Below are positions 1 through 12,825 of a DNA stretch of 64,000 bases, one piece after another. Made by a program: the position numbers and the translations under genes. The stretch comes from Podarcis tiliguerta (taxonomy: Eukaryota), in assembly GCA_965153285.1 (NCBI GenBank), contig OZ229116.1. One strand, 5' to 3'. The notes under the pieces are model-generated. The model did no database searches, was not told the DNA's origin, and saw only the letters and a program-made list of their open reading frames with translations. Numbering within the stretch: position 1 is the stretch's first letter; the number at the start of each line of letters is the position of its first letter.

Positions 1-210
1 GGTGGCTGTAGCCTATAGAGATCCCATCTCTCTCCAGGCTCTCTGCCCAGTTTGGTGGGTAGATGGAAATCTAGAGTGTGTGTTCCTGGCACTGGGGAAC
101 TGGGCTTTCATTTTAGGAAATCTTACTGATAGTTCTGTTTGTATTTTTTATATGTAAAGTGTGTAGTAATTTTTATTATATAAAGCGTGTTCTCATTAAA
201 GGAGAGCACG

Positions 211-1006
211 TGTTACGGATGGGGCCAAACAAATCACCCCATGGTTACCAGGCAGGCTAGTTTCAAGGGGATGGAATTGGATTGGTGGTTGGTATTACTG
301 GGGTAAATTTGATGTTGCCAATTTAGGGGTGGGGACAGAGGTTATTTAAACAAGGTGCACAGCATTTTCCTTTCTCTTTCGCTGTGGGCACCGGATCACC
401 CGCCCGCCCTCCCTTGATTGGGCTGGCGCTTTGACCTTGCTATGCCTGTCATGGGGTCGTCCGCATTGGTGTGGGGGCCTGGTAGGAATTTTTCCTTTTG
501 GCTGATTAGTGTGTGCCAATTGGGTTTTGCCTACTGCGTAGCAACTCGTCACAACTTGTAAGGTTGGCGGTTAGGCATTGGTTAAAATTGGTTGGTGGAG
601 GGGTGTGGATTGGCTGTGCCTACCCCTCCAATGCTGCTGCTGCACGGGAATTCCGTTAAAGGAATTCAGGGGCTTACCATCCCCTTCGTCCAAACCCTTG
701 GTGTAGGGTGCGGGCCGCGTAAGCTCCTGGGAGCATGCAGGGAGAAGGTGAGGGTCTGTGGCGCAGCTCCAGTTATCCCTGGTCTTGTTCCTCCACACTG
801 GCTCCCGCTGGAATCCGGGAGTCAGTGCTGTCCCCCAAGGTGGGGGGGGGGGGGACAGCTAGTCATAACCAATGCCTAAGCAACCACTCACAATTTGTAT
901 GATAATAAAGTTGTGGCCAAAAGTATGCCAAAAACCTTAAAACAAAAATGATGTGTGATGTGTGAGTTATTGGGGTTATGGTGTTTTGGGGGACCTCAGC
1001 ACACAA
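211..1006 (+). mobile_element. Isolated LTR-like terminal repeat (solo LTR, or DIRS/Ngaro tyrosine-recombinase retroelement repeat)
   Basis: GC- and CpG-richer ~790 bp block starting TGTTACG at 211, TATTTAAA at 344, AATAAA at 904 followed by a GT-rich tract, internal 14-bp inverted repeat (571-584/866-879). Possible TG..CA end at 998 with flanks GCACG/GCACA. Confidence 0.6.
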
Positions 1007-1050
1007 ATAATATAATATGTTTTTATAGGTAAAGCACAAAGAGATTATAT

Positions 1051-1054
1051 GAAA

Positions 1055-1102
<48 letters not shown>
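1051..1102. repeat. (AAAG)n microsatellite
   Basis: Directly visible tandem array. Confidence 0.95.
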
Positions 1103-4100
1103 TGTTATTAGTGTTCAGGATTTGGTTAAAACAAACAAAAACCCTTGCAATTTTCTTGTGTAGTCCCCCCCCCCCCCTTTTATTTTAGTCTTCCTTAGAA
1201 ACTCATGAACATTTGGTTCTTTTCTAGTGGTAGGCCCTGCAATTCTGGTGGTAATGGCATTTTTCAACATTCCAACAGGGTTTGCCATATAATTTCTGTT
1301 CATCCAATTTAAAACTTCTATGAGGCCCTATTTGTTTTCACTCCACATAATCATGTAATGTGATTTTTTTAAAAAAAAAATTGCAGTGATAAATGCCGCC
1401 TTGACAATATTCTCTTCTATATGAAATTTTGTAAATTTGGGTGGGTTTCTTGTGCTTTGCATACATGAATACATCCTCTCCTTTCATATTTTCCTACACA
1501 TGCACACCCATCTCACATCGCTTACGTGAAAGCAGCTCAGCAGCTCATTAGGGAGGTACTCCAAGACTTGGGGAAGAGTTATAGTTTACGCAAGCCTTAA
1601 TGTCACATTAGACATGAGAATCATGTTCTGCCACTTATCCATGTAAATTATATCAAAATTGGCCTTACAGCACAAGCCTCTCTAGAACAGGATCCATAGC
1701 TGGGACAAATGTAATGAAAGGTTAGACATTAAGTGAAATAAAAATCACCCAGCCGTAGAAATCTCAATTCGCTGTGTGAGGACATTCAGTCTTAGATTTC
1801 CCTTAACAAGTCTTGCAGAGAATAGTAATTGAGAAATGTTTTTTCACACTTTTTGCATTATTTTTTTTTTTAAATGCAGTGTTTTGGGAAGGCAAACGTT
1901 GTAGTATCCTGTTATCCTCTGCCCCAAGCAGGAATGCTTACTTGCTATGAAAACAAATGATGAATTGGCCTGGTGGTAGAACACATGAGGCAGGGGTAGT
2001 CAACCTGGTGCCTTCTGTTGGTTTGAGGAAAAATAGGTATAAAAGGAGAATTCCTGGGTGCCAAGAACAAAGTTTGGGCCAAGTACTATTTGGTGGCAGA
2101 ACCCCAGCAGAGATTTAAAATCACAAAACATGCAGCAAAGTAAAGTGTGGAAATATACACAGTTAAACCTTTAAAATATATATTTCTAAGTGAGTTCCAA
2201 AATAGTCCCATCTTCCCCCAGCATATGAAAAAACCACACATTTAGTAAGTTAGGGAAATTGAAAACATAAGGCACAGTGCATGGGTTCCAGGTTCCATTC
2301 TGTGCAATGGAATGGAAAGCACAACTCATGTGACTTTGAAAGAGGATGTTGGTACACTCCAAATCATTAGCCCCTTTACGTGCACAGAAAATAATATATC
2401 TAGCTGAAAGGCAACACCTAGAGATCTGCATTAATAGATACAATGCATCCTTATTTTTTATTATTGTATAAGTATATAATTTTTGCATATTTTAAAAAGA
2501 GTGAATGATCTTAGGAGGGGTGCTGTTGTGCCTGCTTTAAAAGTACCCTGCACCTCTAAATCTGACACTACACTGCTGACTACAACTTACACAATCCTTG
2601 ATCGGGGAGATTCCTGTTTGCGGGGTAGCGGGTTGGATTATATGGAAGTGCATTTGAAAGTAGTGTTTCACATCTATAGTCTGAAGTGGTTCAGCTTATT
2701 CTACGACCTGATTCTGCACATATAAACCAGGCAATGTTATACCAGGAACGACAGTTCTAATTCGAGATTTCCTGATGTAAACGTGGGAGCTTACAGCAGC
2801 AAGGAACCATGGGAAGACCTGTAAAGCCAAGTGGTGGCCTTGGCCTTGAGATAACCTTAGGAGCAGCACCTTTAAGCCTCTGAAGCACACCACTGGCCAC
2901 TTTGAAGAAACCAGCTAACTAACAACCAAGCTAACTAATAGCAGATAAATTCTAGCCACATGATACAGAGATCTCTTCCCAGCCCCTGCTGTGCTACAGA
3001 GCTTATCAACGAAAGCGGAAATGCTGTGATCCTCTCTTGATAAAAATGGGCAAACATTTCACTTCCTATTTACTCAAGGAATACAATGATTAAGGGTGTG
3101 TGTGTGTGTGTACTGAGGGGGAAAGGAAGCAACAACGTTGACAATAAAAGGCTTTTTCTCTGAATCCAAATTTTATTTCCAAGTCCCAAATGCCATTTTA
3201 ATACTTACAAACTATAACATTTTCAGAGGATAATTGAGCCGTGTGTGTATTTTTAGGACAAATATTGGGAAAAGCCATGTTCAATACCAATGTCTATACC
3301 ATTTAAACAATGAAAGCTTCGGGTAAGTAACAACATTTGGACAGCAAGTCAATATGGCTATGAAAGGCCTCCAATAATGAGCAAAGTCAGACCAATATAC
3401 TGTTTGAGTATTTGGCCTCCCTCCTGACAAAGGTTGCTTTCAATCACACTGTATCTATTACCATATCAATCATCACTCTAAACGGATACAGCATCATCAT
3501 TGACGAAGGCATCACTTAAAGGAAGGAAACGAAAGGGTTTATAGAGCAAATAATGAAATGTAGGCTGATCAAAGAACGAAAATGACTTCAGATTTGTTCC
3601 CGTGTGCGAAATCCTCTGCTTCCCAAACTGAAGTTCACCCCTTTTTCTTGAGAAGAGGTACAAAATGCGGAGACCCGGCACCACATTCCTAATTATTAAA
3701 GATAATGCAATCCGATACTTTGTTTGCTACACAAATTAAGATATGGAATTGAACTGATGGAAATGATTTACGTGCAGGATTAAAATATTGGCAGCTTTAT
3801 AGAGTGAAATGTCACTATACTGCTGTACCTTCAAGTTTTACATTTCCTCCTTTGAATCCCTGTCAGCCTTCATGAACACTAGAGACTTTAATCAATGCTT
3901 GCAGTAGCTATAACATAACATTGAATATTTTACCTGTGTAATAATCAAACTGCTGTTTAGCTCGAGCCATAAGGAAAAATAACAACCATATATATTCCAA
4001 TTGGCAATTTTACAATATAAATAGCATGCCACATTAAAAAAAAATAATTTCTCACACATATCAATGGATCCTATCTCTTTGCAAAACAGAGTCTGTATTT

Positions 4101-4360
4101 CACAACAGCTGAAAACTGCCCTCAGGCAATCAGTTCAATTAAGGGTGATTTAGAAATCATAAAACTAAAGACATCTTGGGCATTAATTGCACTTGTAAAC
4201 AATTTTTAAATTTATATGACGCAAAATGATTGGAAAACAAATATGGTGCTTTCTTGCCATGCTCAGGTGATTGGAATTCAACTTGCAATTTTTAGACAAT
4301 ATGGAATTGAGATTAACGTGAAGAAAAAGAAGCATAGCAGTGCGATCTCAGCAACAGATT

Positions 4361-4362
<2 letters not shown>

Positions 4363-4407
<45 letters not shown>

Positions 4408-4956
4408 TTTATTATTTATACCCTGCCCATCTGGCTGGGTTTCCCCAGCCACTCTGGGTGGCTCCCAACAGAGGACTAAAAACAGAATAAAACTTCAAAC
4501 ATAAAAAATGTCCCTAAACAGGGCTGCCTTCAGATGTCTTCTAACAGTCAGATAGTTGTTTATTTCCTTGACGTCTGATGGGAGGGCATTCCATAGAACT
4601 GGCATCACCAGCAAGAAGTCCTTCTTGCTGCTTCCCTGTAATCTCACTTCTCACTGTGAGGGAACCACCAGAAGGCCCTCGGAGCTGGACCTCAGTGAAC
4701 GATGGGGGTGGAGACGCTCCTTCAGCTATACTGGACTGAGGCCGTTTAGGGCTTTAAAGGTCAGCACCAATACTTTGAATTGGCTCGGAAACGTACTGGG
4801 AGCCAATGTAGGTATTTCAGGACCAGTGTTATATGGTCTTGGGGGCCACTCGCGTCACCAGTCTGGCTGCCGCATTCTGGATTAGTTGTAGTTTCCGGGT
4901 CACCTTCAAAGGTAGCCCCACGTAGAGCACATTGCAGTAATCCAATCAGGAGATAA
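4363..4956 (-). mobile_element. 5'-truncated L2-clade LINE 3' end with (AAT)15 tail
   Basis: Minus-strand frames give the L2 ORF2 C-terminal motifs (LDYCN..YVGLPLKVTRKLQLIQNAAARLV..DHIT.VLK.LHWLPVRFRA..KVLVLTFKALNGL) with frameshifts; microsatellite tail at 4363-4407. Confidence 0.85.
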
Positions 4957-5390
4957 GCTAACATTCTGTAAATTAAGAAATCCAGGAAGACATTGCTCCA
5001 GTCCACATGTAATGCTCAGCCAAACCATAAGTGTGTGGACTTCTGGAGGGGAGATTGCATCTGATTTGCTCCTCCTTTGCTTCTGCTTCTGCTGTGAATT
5101 AAGCAACAGCTCGGTGCCATAACAGCCTTGTGGGTTGTCTCCTTCAGAACATTGAACAAACCTTGGAATCTAGCAAAATAGAACATTCCCCTCCTCTCAC
5201 GTGAGCCCCTAAAATCAGCTCCAGAGCAGTGGGGGGAAAGATTTTGGAAGGGCATGTAGAGAAGAGAGCATGTAGATGTTTCTCTGCACCAACGGAGCTC
5301 CACTACTGCTGCTTTGGATGCTACCCATTAAATTTCTTCAACCATTCATTTCCCCATGCACACTGAAAGAAGACTTGAGACATGGAATAT

Positions 5391-5391
<1 letters not shown>

Positions 5392-5449
<58 letters not shown>
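5392..5449. repeat. Compound (GT)n(AT)n microsatellite
   Basis: Directly visible. Confidence 0.95.
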
Positions 5450-7262
5450 GCAAACTAGGGGATCTGCTTTCCAATGAACCACACTGATCCAATCAAACAA
5501 ACAATTTCAGGTTGAATGAGCAGGTGAGCACTTCTTCAGATGCTAAGAGGGTAAACCTATCCTGATACCCTAGGCATTTTCTGAAGCCTTGCACTGCATC
5601 TCCCCAGCTCAGAATTGGGAATGAAATACTCTCTTCTTGTGAGGAAAGCCTTGGGTATGGTCCTCAACACGTGCACCCAGGCCTAGTCTCCTGAATGTGC
5701 ATGCCAGGCCTCAAAGTCAACCCCCCAAGCTCTCCAGCCTTAATGTATTGGCAGGTGCCTAAAAGGTGCCCTTATCCCAATGCTGCCTCAGTAAACCTTG
5801 AGCTTTTTCTCTTCCTACTTCCTCGCCTGTCCAGAGAATGAACAGTTCCTTATGCATTTTTATCTCTCTCAATCTGATCTTTGAACTGTGGTGATTTTGA
5901 TTTTTTTTTTTAAAGATCCTCATTGTACATGCATTTGGGGTGGTGATATTTTCTAAAATATAGGATTGACCAAAATAAAGAACGTAAATTATAAAAGATA
6001 GACAGTAAATAGAAAATGTCACAAACCATGTTGAGTGTAAAAGGGTTCTGAGCATGGGAGGTCTGAATAAACAAAGCACACTTTTTATTTATCTATTACC
6101 ATGGCAGCCTACAGATGTGTTGTAATTTAAAAGATGCAGAGAATCTTTGGCCCATCTAGTCCCTCCTTCCTAGGCTGCCGTGCTCAGCAGGAAAACCTGA
6201 TTTCAAAAGATGTATCCTTAAATATCAAATGCTTAATCCACCTCTGCAAGATGGCAAATTTCAGAGCATTTATTCATGGAAGTGGCCTGCATTACTGTCT
6301 TCAATTCCACATGTGATCACACACACAGTGGTGGTTCTGTAATATAAAATTTGCAGGACTTCAAAAAGGTTCATTAATCCAAAGTCCATCACAAATGCAA
6401 TTTACATTTGCTGTACTCCAGGCCATAGCAGGTGCCACCGGTTTAGGCCAACATGAACTGAAAGCCAGTGTGGTGTTTGGTTTTTTAAAAAATAAATAAA
6501 AAAGCCCAACTTGATCTTTATTTTGCTCACAGCCAGCATTCATTAGGGCTACAAGGGCAGAGGCTTAAAACAGCACCATAGCATGCTGTTTCTTGTCTTA
6601 GGCAGCAATAAGCAACATAATACTGTGCCCAGTCTCTTGAACACTTCCCTTCCAACCTACAACAAATTGCATATATAGGCACACAGCAGTGACCTGCAAT
6701 TCTCAAGATGCTTGAAGCTTTGGGGCCCAGTTTTGAGAAGCACCAACCACCGAAGGTCAGAAGCGCTTTTCAGCTCTACTTTTCCTATTTGCTGCTCTCA
6801 GGCACCATACCTAGATTTTCCTCCTCCTCCTCTCCCCGTTTCTGCTTATGATGGCTGTCTGCTTATGACAATCTACTTCCCCAGCAGATCTGGCAGAAGC
6901 TGAACTCAGGGAGGAAGATGGCAGTGCTGTGGCACTATGACATATTCTGTTCAAGGTGGACTACGGCAAGCACGGCCAGTTTCCTACAAGAGGAAGCAGA
7001 AGAAGAACTAGCAGGTGACTCTGTCAGACAACCCTGTGCAACAGCTTATACAGGAGGAAGGGGGTGAATTGAGTCAGCTTGCATTTAAATCTTTAAAGGA
7101 TGGAGCAGAGGGGGAAGATTGCTCCATGAAATGCTTGTGCTCATGGAATGGTCTCCTTAGTGCAGCATCAGAATTGACCCAGGTCAGCAGTCTGCCCACA
7201 GTATTCTGAACTAGCGGACATTTCTAAACCCTCTTCCAAGGCAGCCCATGGAAGGTGTGTTT

Positions 7263-7397
7263 ATAGAACTGTAGAGTTGGAAGGTACCAAGAGAGTTATC
7301 TAGTCTAACCCCTGCAATGCAGGACTCTTTTGCCCAGCCGTGAGGCTTAAATGCATGAGTCTAAGATTAAGAGTCTCATGCTCTACTGACTGAGCTA
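7263..7397 (-). mobile_element. tRNA-Lys-derived SINE with CR1-type 3' end
   Basis: The reverse complement TAGCTCAGTCAGTAGAGCATGAGACTCTTAATCT matches the tRNA-Lys(CUU) 5' half; it adjoins a CR1-like 3' terminus (plus strand ATAGAACTGTAGAGTTGGAAGG..TCTAGTCTAACCCC). Confidence 0.75.
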
Positions 7398-7559
7398 TAT
7401 GTCCCCATGACCTGTCACAATGTGCTGCCATCACGTGGAAATCATGGACATGACATTTATTCCTTGAGCTATTACTCTCCTTTTAAGGAAACAAAAACAA
7501 AGGAACGGCCATAACCTTTGAATAGCTGTCTCAGCTTTTGCCATCTCTATCTCTTGATC

Positions 7560-7795
7560 TGATTTCATTTCACTCATTTCTGTACATTGATCCCTTGCCT
7601 TTTCATCCAGGGAGCTCAAGGCAGCATGCATGGTTCTCTCCTTATGACCCAATTTTTATCTGCACAACAACCCTGCAGGGTAAGTTAGTTTGAAAGAAAG
7701 TGACTGGCCTAAAGTCACCTAGCAAGCTTCGGGAATGAGTGGGGATCTGAACCTGGGTCTCTTCAGGCTTAGTCCATCACTAAACCAGATATATT
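7560..7795 (-). mobile_element. Degenerate tRNA/CORE-type SINE, related to the copy at 12283-12533
   Basis: Shared motifs CACAACAACCCTG, GTGACTGGCCTAAAGTCACC and B-box-like TGAACCTGGGTCTC. Confidence 0.65.
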
Positions 7796-8899
7796 GTCTG
7801 CCCAGGAGCTTTGGCTTCAATGTACATTCTTCATCCATGTTAACACTGTTAACCGTTGGCACACACAGTACAAGAGAGGTTTAAGTGCAGCTTTAGTCTC
7901 TTGAGTGTAAACAGACCAACTCTCCATCCTTATTCACTCATCCCCTTGACAAGTTAGACAAGAATGTATTGATTGAGGTAAGCAAATTTTTACAAGGCTA
8001 AAACCCAACCCCACTCTGTGAAGGTGAAAGATCTCTGAGAGGACATTATCAGTTATTTAACCCAGAAGGTAGATTTGTGGAAGAAAGCAAAGTTTTTTTT
8101 AAAAAAGGTGCAGCATCTCCATATGGCGAATCTGGCCTTGAGGAGGTGCTATAAAAATGCAGTCTGAAAACAAAATCTCATTCCACCGGGAATCTAATAT
8201 CTGCTCAGGAGTCAGCCCTCCTGGTTTCCCTGGAACTGCCAACGAAGCGGGTTTAGGATTGTAGCATCTGTGCTCCAACTGGTGCATGTTAAGAGGGTGG
8301 GGCTTGATGGTGAGAAAGGAACGATGGATTGAAGTAGCACATGGAAACGAATATACATTGAAAACAGCTGGCTATGCCTCCAGACCATAAAAACAGCAGC
8401 AAATGTCTTCATGATAACTTTACAGATGATAAGATCACACGGAAAATGAAGAGGGAAGCCATGAAAAGCAAAGCAAGTGCTGGACCTGAGCAACATGAAA
8501 GGCCAATTTCCCCTCGCCAGGCACTTTTCAGTTGGAACATTTCAAATCTGTTGTTTCAGTACTGAAGGCCATGGATGCGAGAATCCATTAATTTTTTACC
8601 CCAGCTGCAATATTGGAATTGTCATTGTTCGCTTGCAGTTTTGAGGTATTCAATTCTACAGAGCCTTTAATTCTTCTTTGTCCAGGTATAGTGTTGGTAG
8701 TTCTTGTGTGACGCAAGAATCTAAGTTGTGAACCAGAAACCCCCAAGTCAAATCATGCAACTGCACAAACTCACTAGATGGCTTTATAGAAAGCTCCATT
8801 CTGTTCTTGCCATCTGCAATATGGGAATAATAATACTGACCTAGGTTGATTACTGAGATGATATGTGCAAAATGTAGGTAGGTGCATGTAGGTAGATAG

Positions 8900-9078
8900 G
8901 TAAAGTAAAGTTAAAGTTAAAGGAGCCCTGGATGGTGAGGTCCAGTCGAATTTGACTATAGGTTGTGGCACTCATCACCACTTTCAGGTCAAGAGAGCCA
9001 GCGTTTGTCCATAGACAACTTTCCAGGTCATGTGGCCAGCATGACCAAACCGCTTCTGGCACAACAGAATACCATGAC
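8900..9078 (-). mobile_element. Partial (3' half) Sauria SINE, more diverged subfamily
   Basis: TTCCAGGTCATGTGGCCAGCATGAC shared with the copies at 10102 and 14825; (TAAAG)-type tail. Confidence 0.8.
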
Positions 9079-10101
9079 AACACTTTGTGAGGTTCAAATA
9101 AACCAAAGAGAAGAGCAACAATGTGATCTACCCTGTCAGCATTGCTGCTGATAAACTGGATCATTTGACTGCCATGCTTTTTCTCTACTAGTCACAAATT
9201 CATGAGGTCTTCTGAAAAAAGTTTCAAAATTCACCCACCCGCCCACTAATCAAAAAGTCCATTAAAAAGCCAAATGAAGCAACCATAAAATAGCTCTGCT
9301 CATATTCTGTGTAGATCTTTTCTTGCACTCTACATTTCCTCCTTTGACAAACATTTTAATGCCACCATTCATCAGTCCAGGGATGTGGCAATACTACAAT
9401 ATCCATACCAATATATCACTTTCATAGTTATTCATTTTTCCCGAAAAACATGCTGGATTGTTTCTGATGGAGTTCTCATTTGTTTTCAGAGAGTATATTT
9501 TACTCCTATCTCTTAAGTGAAATCAGTCACTAGAAGAAAAAGTTTTATTTAGCTGTGATTGCATATTCTATTGAAGCAATACTGGCAAATGTTTATAGTT
9601 CTAGATGTTAGGACAGAACCCTCAAAACTCATAGGGTTGTGGTAAACGCTGCTGTTTTGCTTGCCAAACAGAACTTCCTCTTCCTTTCCTCTCCTTTGTA
9701 GTCACCCCATTCATCAGGAACATTGGGGGGAACGAGCAGAGGAAGCTTGGGTCCAATTGCATATGTGATCTCCATGAGCACAGCATTGGATACAACCCAT
9801 AATATCATAGTTCGACCAAAGTCAAATGGATGTTTTAAAGCACATGGCCCAATCCACACAAGTCACTTACTCATAGAACAGCCTCATTCAATTAAATAGG
9901 ATGCTTTGATATTAAATTATGTGTAGAGTCTAGATCATAGCTGGTACCCCCATGTATTTAACATAGACTAACATCTGCTGGAAGCCAAGGAGTACCCAAT
10001 TGATGGGTCCCATCATGGGTCGAATCTCTGAATATTAAGCCTATGGAAATAAACAAGGTAAGTCAAGCTGGAATATGTATGCTGCTATATGCAAATAAAG
10101 G

Positions 10102-10448
10102 GGGATGCGCGTGGCGCTGTGGGTTAAACCACAGAGCCTAGGACTTGCTGATCAGAAGGTTGGCAGTTTGAATCCACACAACTGAGTGAGCTCCTGTTGT
10201 TCAGTCCCAGCTCCTGCCCACCTAGCAGTTCAAAAGCACGTCAAACTGCAAGTTGATAAATAGGTACCACTCTGGCGGGAAGGTAAACGATGTTTCCGTG
10301 CACTGCTCTGGTTTGCCAGAAGTGGCTTAGTCATGCTGGCCACATGACCCGGAAGCTGTATGCCGGCTCCCTTGGCCAGTAAAGCAAGAGGAGCGCCCCA
10401 GAGTCGTCCGCGACTGGACCTAATGGTCAGGGGTCCATTTACCTTTTA
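10102..10448 (+). mobile_element. Full-length Sauria SINE
   Basis: tRNA-like head (GTGGCGCTGTGGGTTAAACC, B-box GTTTGAATCC), body GTCATGCTGGCCACATGACCCGGAAG, tail TTTACCTTT; aligns in reverse with 14825-15183. Confidence 0.92.
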
Positions 10449-10769
10449 AGGAGTTTTCTTAGGATGGTGGTGTGTGTGTGTGCTGGATTCCATTGGTGTG
10501 GTGGCTCTTGCTCTTCTGATAGGAAATGCTCTGTGGGTGGAAGACAAAAAAAATGGGGGGGGGGGTTCGGGGAGGGTCAGTTGGAGGGGGAGTGAGAAAT
10601 TTACCTTTTTTCATCTGAGGACATGTGCAGAGAGAGAGCTGAGAAAGAGACTACAGATTTACTTTGGATGGGGATTTGAAGTCATTGCAATTCATTGAAT
10701 TGATGAAGATGAGGACTGTAACATTGAAATGGATGAACCAGAGAATGTGATGATAATTAGTAGCTTTCA

Positions 10770-11720
10770 GAAGGACTGCATACATGTCATCTGAGGTTGT
10801 GACAGACAGATAAAATTTCTGGGTACAATAAGTGATTGTGCCTTGGAGCAGTTTGTTATGGAACCAACAGGAGGAACGGAGCAGTGAGGTTCAAGATATA
10901 TTGCAAGGGTTAAGTGTCACTGAGCTGCTTAGCTGCAGTAACTTTAATCCTATTAGATTCAACATATAGGCACACACAAAACTGCCCTCCCCGCCCCCCC
11001 CAAATCTAACTTTGTCTAACTTCAAAAGGAAAAATTCAGATATGACTAGAAAACTTCAAAGGAAACTAAAAAGATAGTTAGGAAGGTCACTCCCTTCAGG
11101 CACCATGGTGGTGTTTAAAACAGCAACAGCACTGCAATAAAACCTCAATTAGATGGTCAATGTATAGCATAAGTCAAAGCTGGCAATGTAGTTAAGTAGC
11201 AAATTCAGCGATATACAAGTAAATTAGCTTTGCTTAAAAAACTGGACATTTTGACAAAATTAAGTACAGTGGTACCTCGGGTTACATACACTTCAGTTTA
11301 CAGACTCCGTTAACCCAGAAATATTACTTCGGGTTAAGAACTTTGCTTCAGGATGATAACAGAAATCGCACGGTGGTGGTGTGGCAGCAGCGGGAGGCCC
11401 CATTAGCTAAAGTGGTGCTTCAGGTTAAGAACAGTTTCAGGTTAAGAACGGACCTCCAGAACGAATTAAGTACGTAACCAGAGGAACCACTGTAAACAGA
11501 AAAGAGCACAAATACATTATGTTTAAAAATGCCAAAATGCAGTGAGGGAAGAATGAGGAGACCAAATTACAGGAATTATAAAGAGCAACAATAAACTGTT
11601 TCTTTAAATATTTAAACCCCTACAGAGAAACCGTAGCCCCATTAGGTAAGAAAGGTGTAAATGGATTACTTAAAATAAATCAGGAAGAAGAGAGGAAGAA
11701 AATTAATTCCATCTGTCTTT
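10770..11720 (+). mobile_element. Highly degraded CR1 LINE ORF2 fragment, interrupted by a MITE
   Basis: Remnant peptides LEQFVMEPTG, NFKR, W..FKT and KSNNKLFFKY in the order expected for the CR1 endonuclease-to-RT linker; many indels. Confidence 0.55.
11267..11492. mobile_element. Tc1/mariner-pogo (Tigger-like) MITE
   Basis: TIRs CAGTGGTACCTCGGGTTAC / GTAACCAGAGGAACCACTG, TA on both sides; second copy at 60667-60878. Confidence 0.92.
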
Positions 11721-12282
11721 CTTCCATAAGCTGTTGGCTAGGTAAGCAGTTTGATAGGCAATACTGTATAATAGAAGCACTCTGTGAAAATGGCAAAAGA
11801 AATCATTTGAGAACTAATTGACCAACATCAGTAGCAACAAATCAGGAGATCTCAAATGATACTGTTGCAGAACAATTAGTAAATAAGCCTTTAACGCAGC
11901 ACTGGAATATACAGTTTCAGAGGGGAGGAAAGGCATAATGATTTGTGTGGCCACTACCAAACAAGAAAACTGCATCAGGGTCAAATTTGGCATTAGTGAG
12001 AAAAAAGTGGATGTGTGTAGAGCCTCTTTCTCGCTAATATTAACCACATGACCACAGAAGGGGAGCATTGGCCTATCAGGGCAGCATAGGGAGTGGGTGC
12101 TTTTAAGCATTAACAAAAAGCATGAGGGTGTTTGTATGAGCTTTTCTTGTGAGCGCAGTGGAAGGAAATGTGCACAAGGAGTTGGATAGTAATGCCAATC
12201 TGCATGAATTACCTGCTACTAGATGCAATTGCTGTGAGGGAGTAAGATTTTGGTATGTGTTGCTGTTGATGAGTTGGGATGA

Positions 12283-12533
12283 GAAGAAGAAGAAGAAGAG
12301 TTTGGATTTGTTATCCCGCCTTTCACTCCCTTTAAGGAGTCTCAAAGCGGCTAACATTCTCCTTTCTCTTCCTCCCCCACAACAAACACTCTGTGAGGTG
12401 AGTGGGGCTGAGAGACTTCAAAGAAGTGTGACTAGCCCAAGGTCACCCAGCAGCTGCATGTGGAGGAGCGGAGACGTGAACCCGGTTCCCCAGATTACGA
12501 GACTACTGCTCTTAACCACTACACCACACTGGT
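12283..12533 (-). mobile_element. tRNA-derived CORE-like squamate SINE with (CTT)n tail
   Basis: Minus-strand A box (AGTGTGGTGTAGTGGTTAAGAGC) and B box (GGTTCACGTC), CORE-like body, (AAG)n run at 12283-12299. Confidence 0.85.
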
Positions 12534-12536
12534 TTC

Positions 12537-12825
12537 TTTTTTAAAAAAAAGATATTTATTAAGATTTCAAAAGAATAAAAAAGAATATATGAAATACAAA
12601 ATAAAAACAGTTAAAAAACAAATCAGTCTCTCCATATCTTATCTTGCATTTGCTTGTTTCCGTGACCTCCTCACACCTCCCTTTCTTGTATTCCATTTCA
12701 ATTGGTTAATTCAGCAAATCCTTCCCCTCTTTAATTTTATCATAATCTTTTATCTTAATATATTATAGTTTTAGATTATCACCCGTTAATCATCCATTTT
12801 TACATATTCCTTAACATTGCTGCTA
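12537..12825 (-). mobile_element. Short L1-type 3' UTR insertion with 17-bp TSD
   Basis: Perfect direct repeat TACACCACACTGGTTTC at 12520-12536 and 12826-12842; T-tract and TTTATT at the left end; G-rich tract on the minus strand; empty site TTTC/AA resembles the L1 endonuclease consensus. Confidence 0.75.

Noticed and set aside
7331-7397. tRNA-Lys-like sequence
   Set aside because: Degenerate T-arm and acceptor stem, fused to a LINE-type tail; a SINE head rather than a tRNA gene
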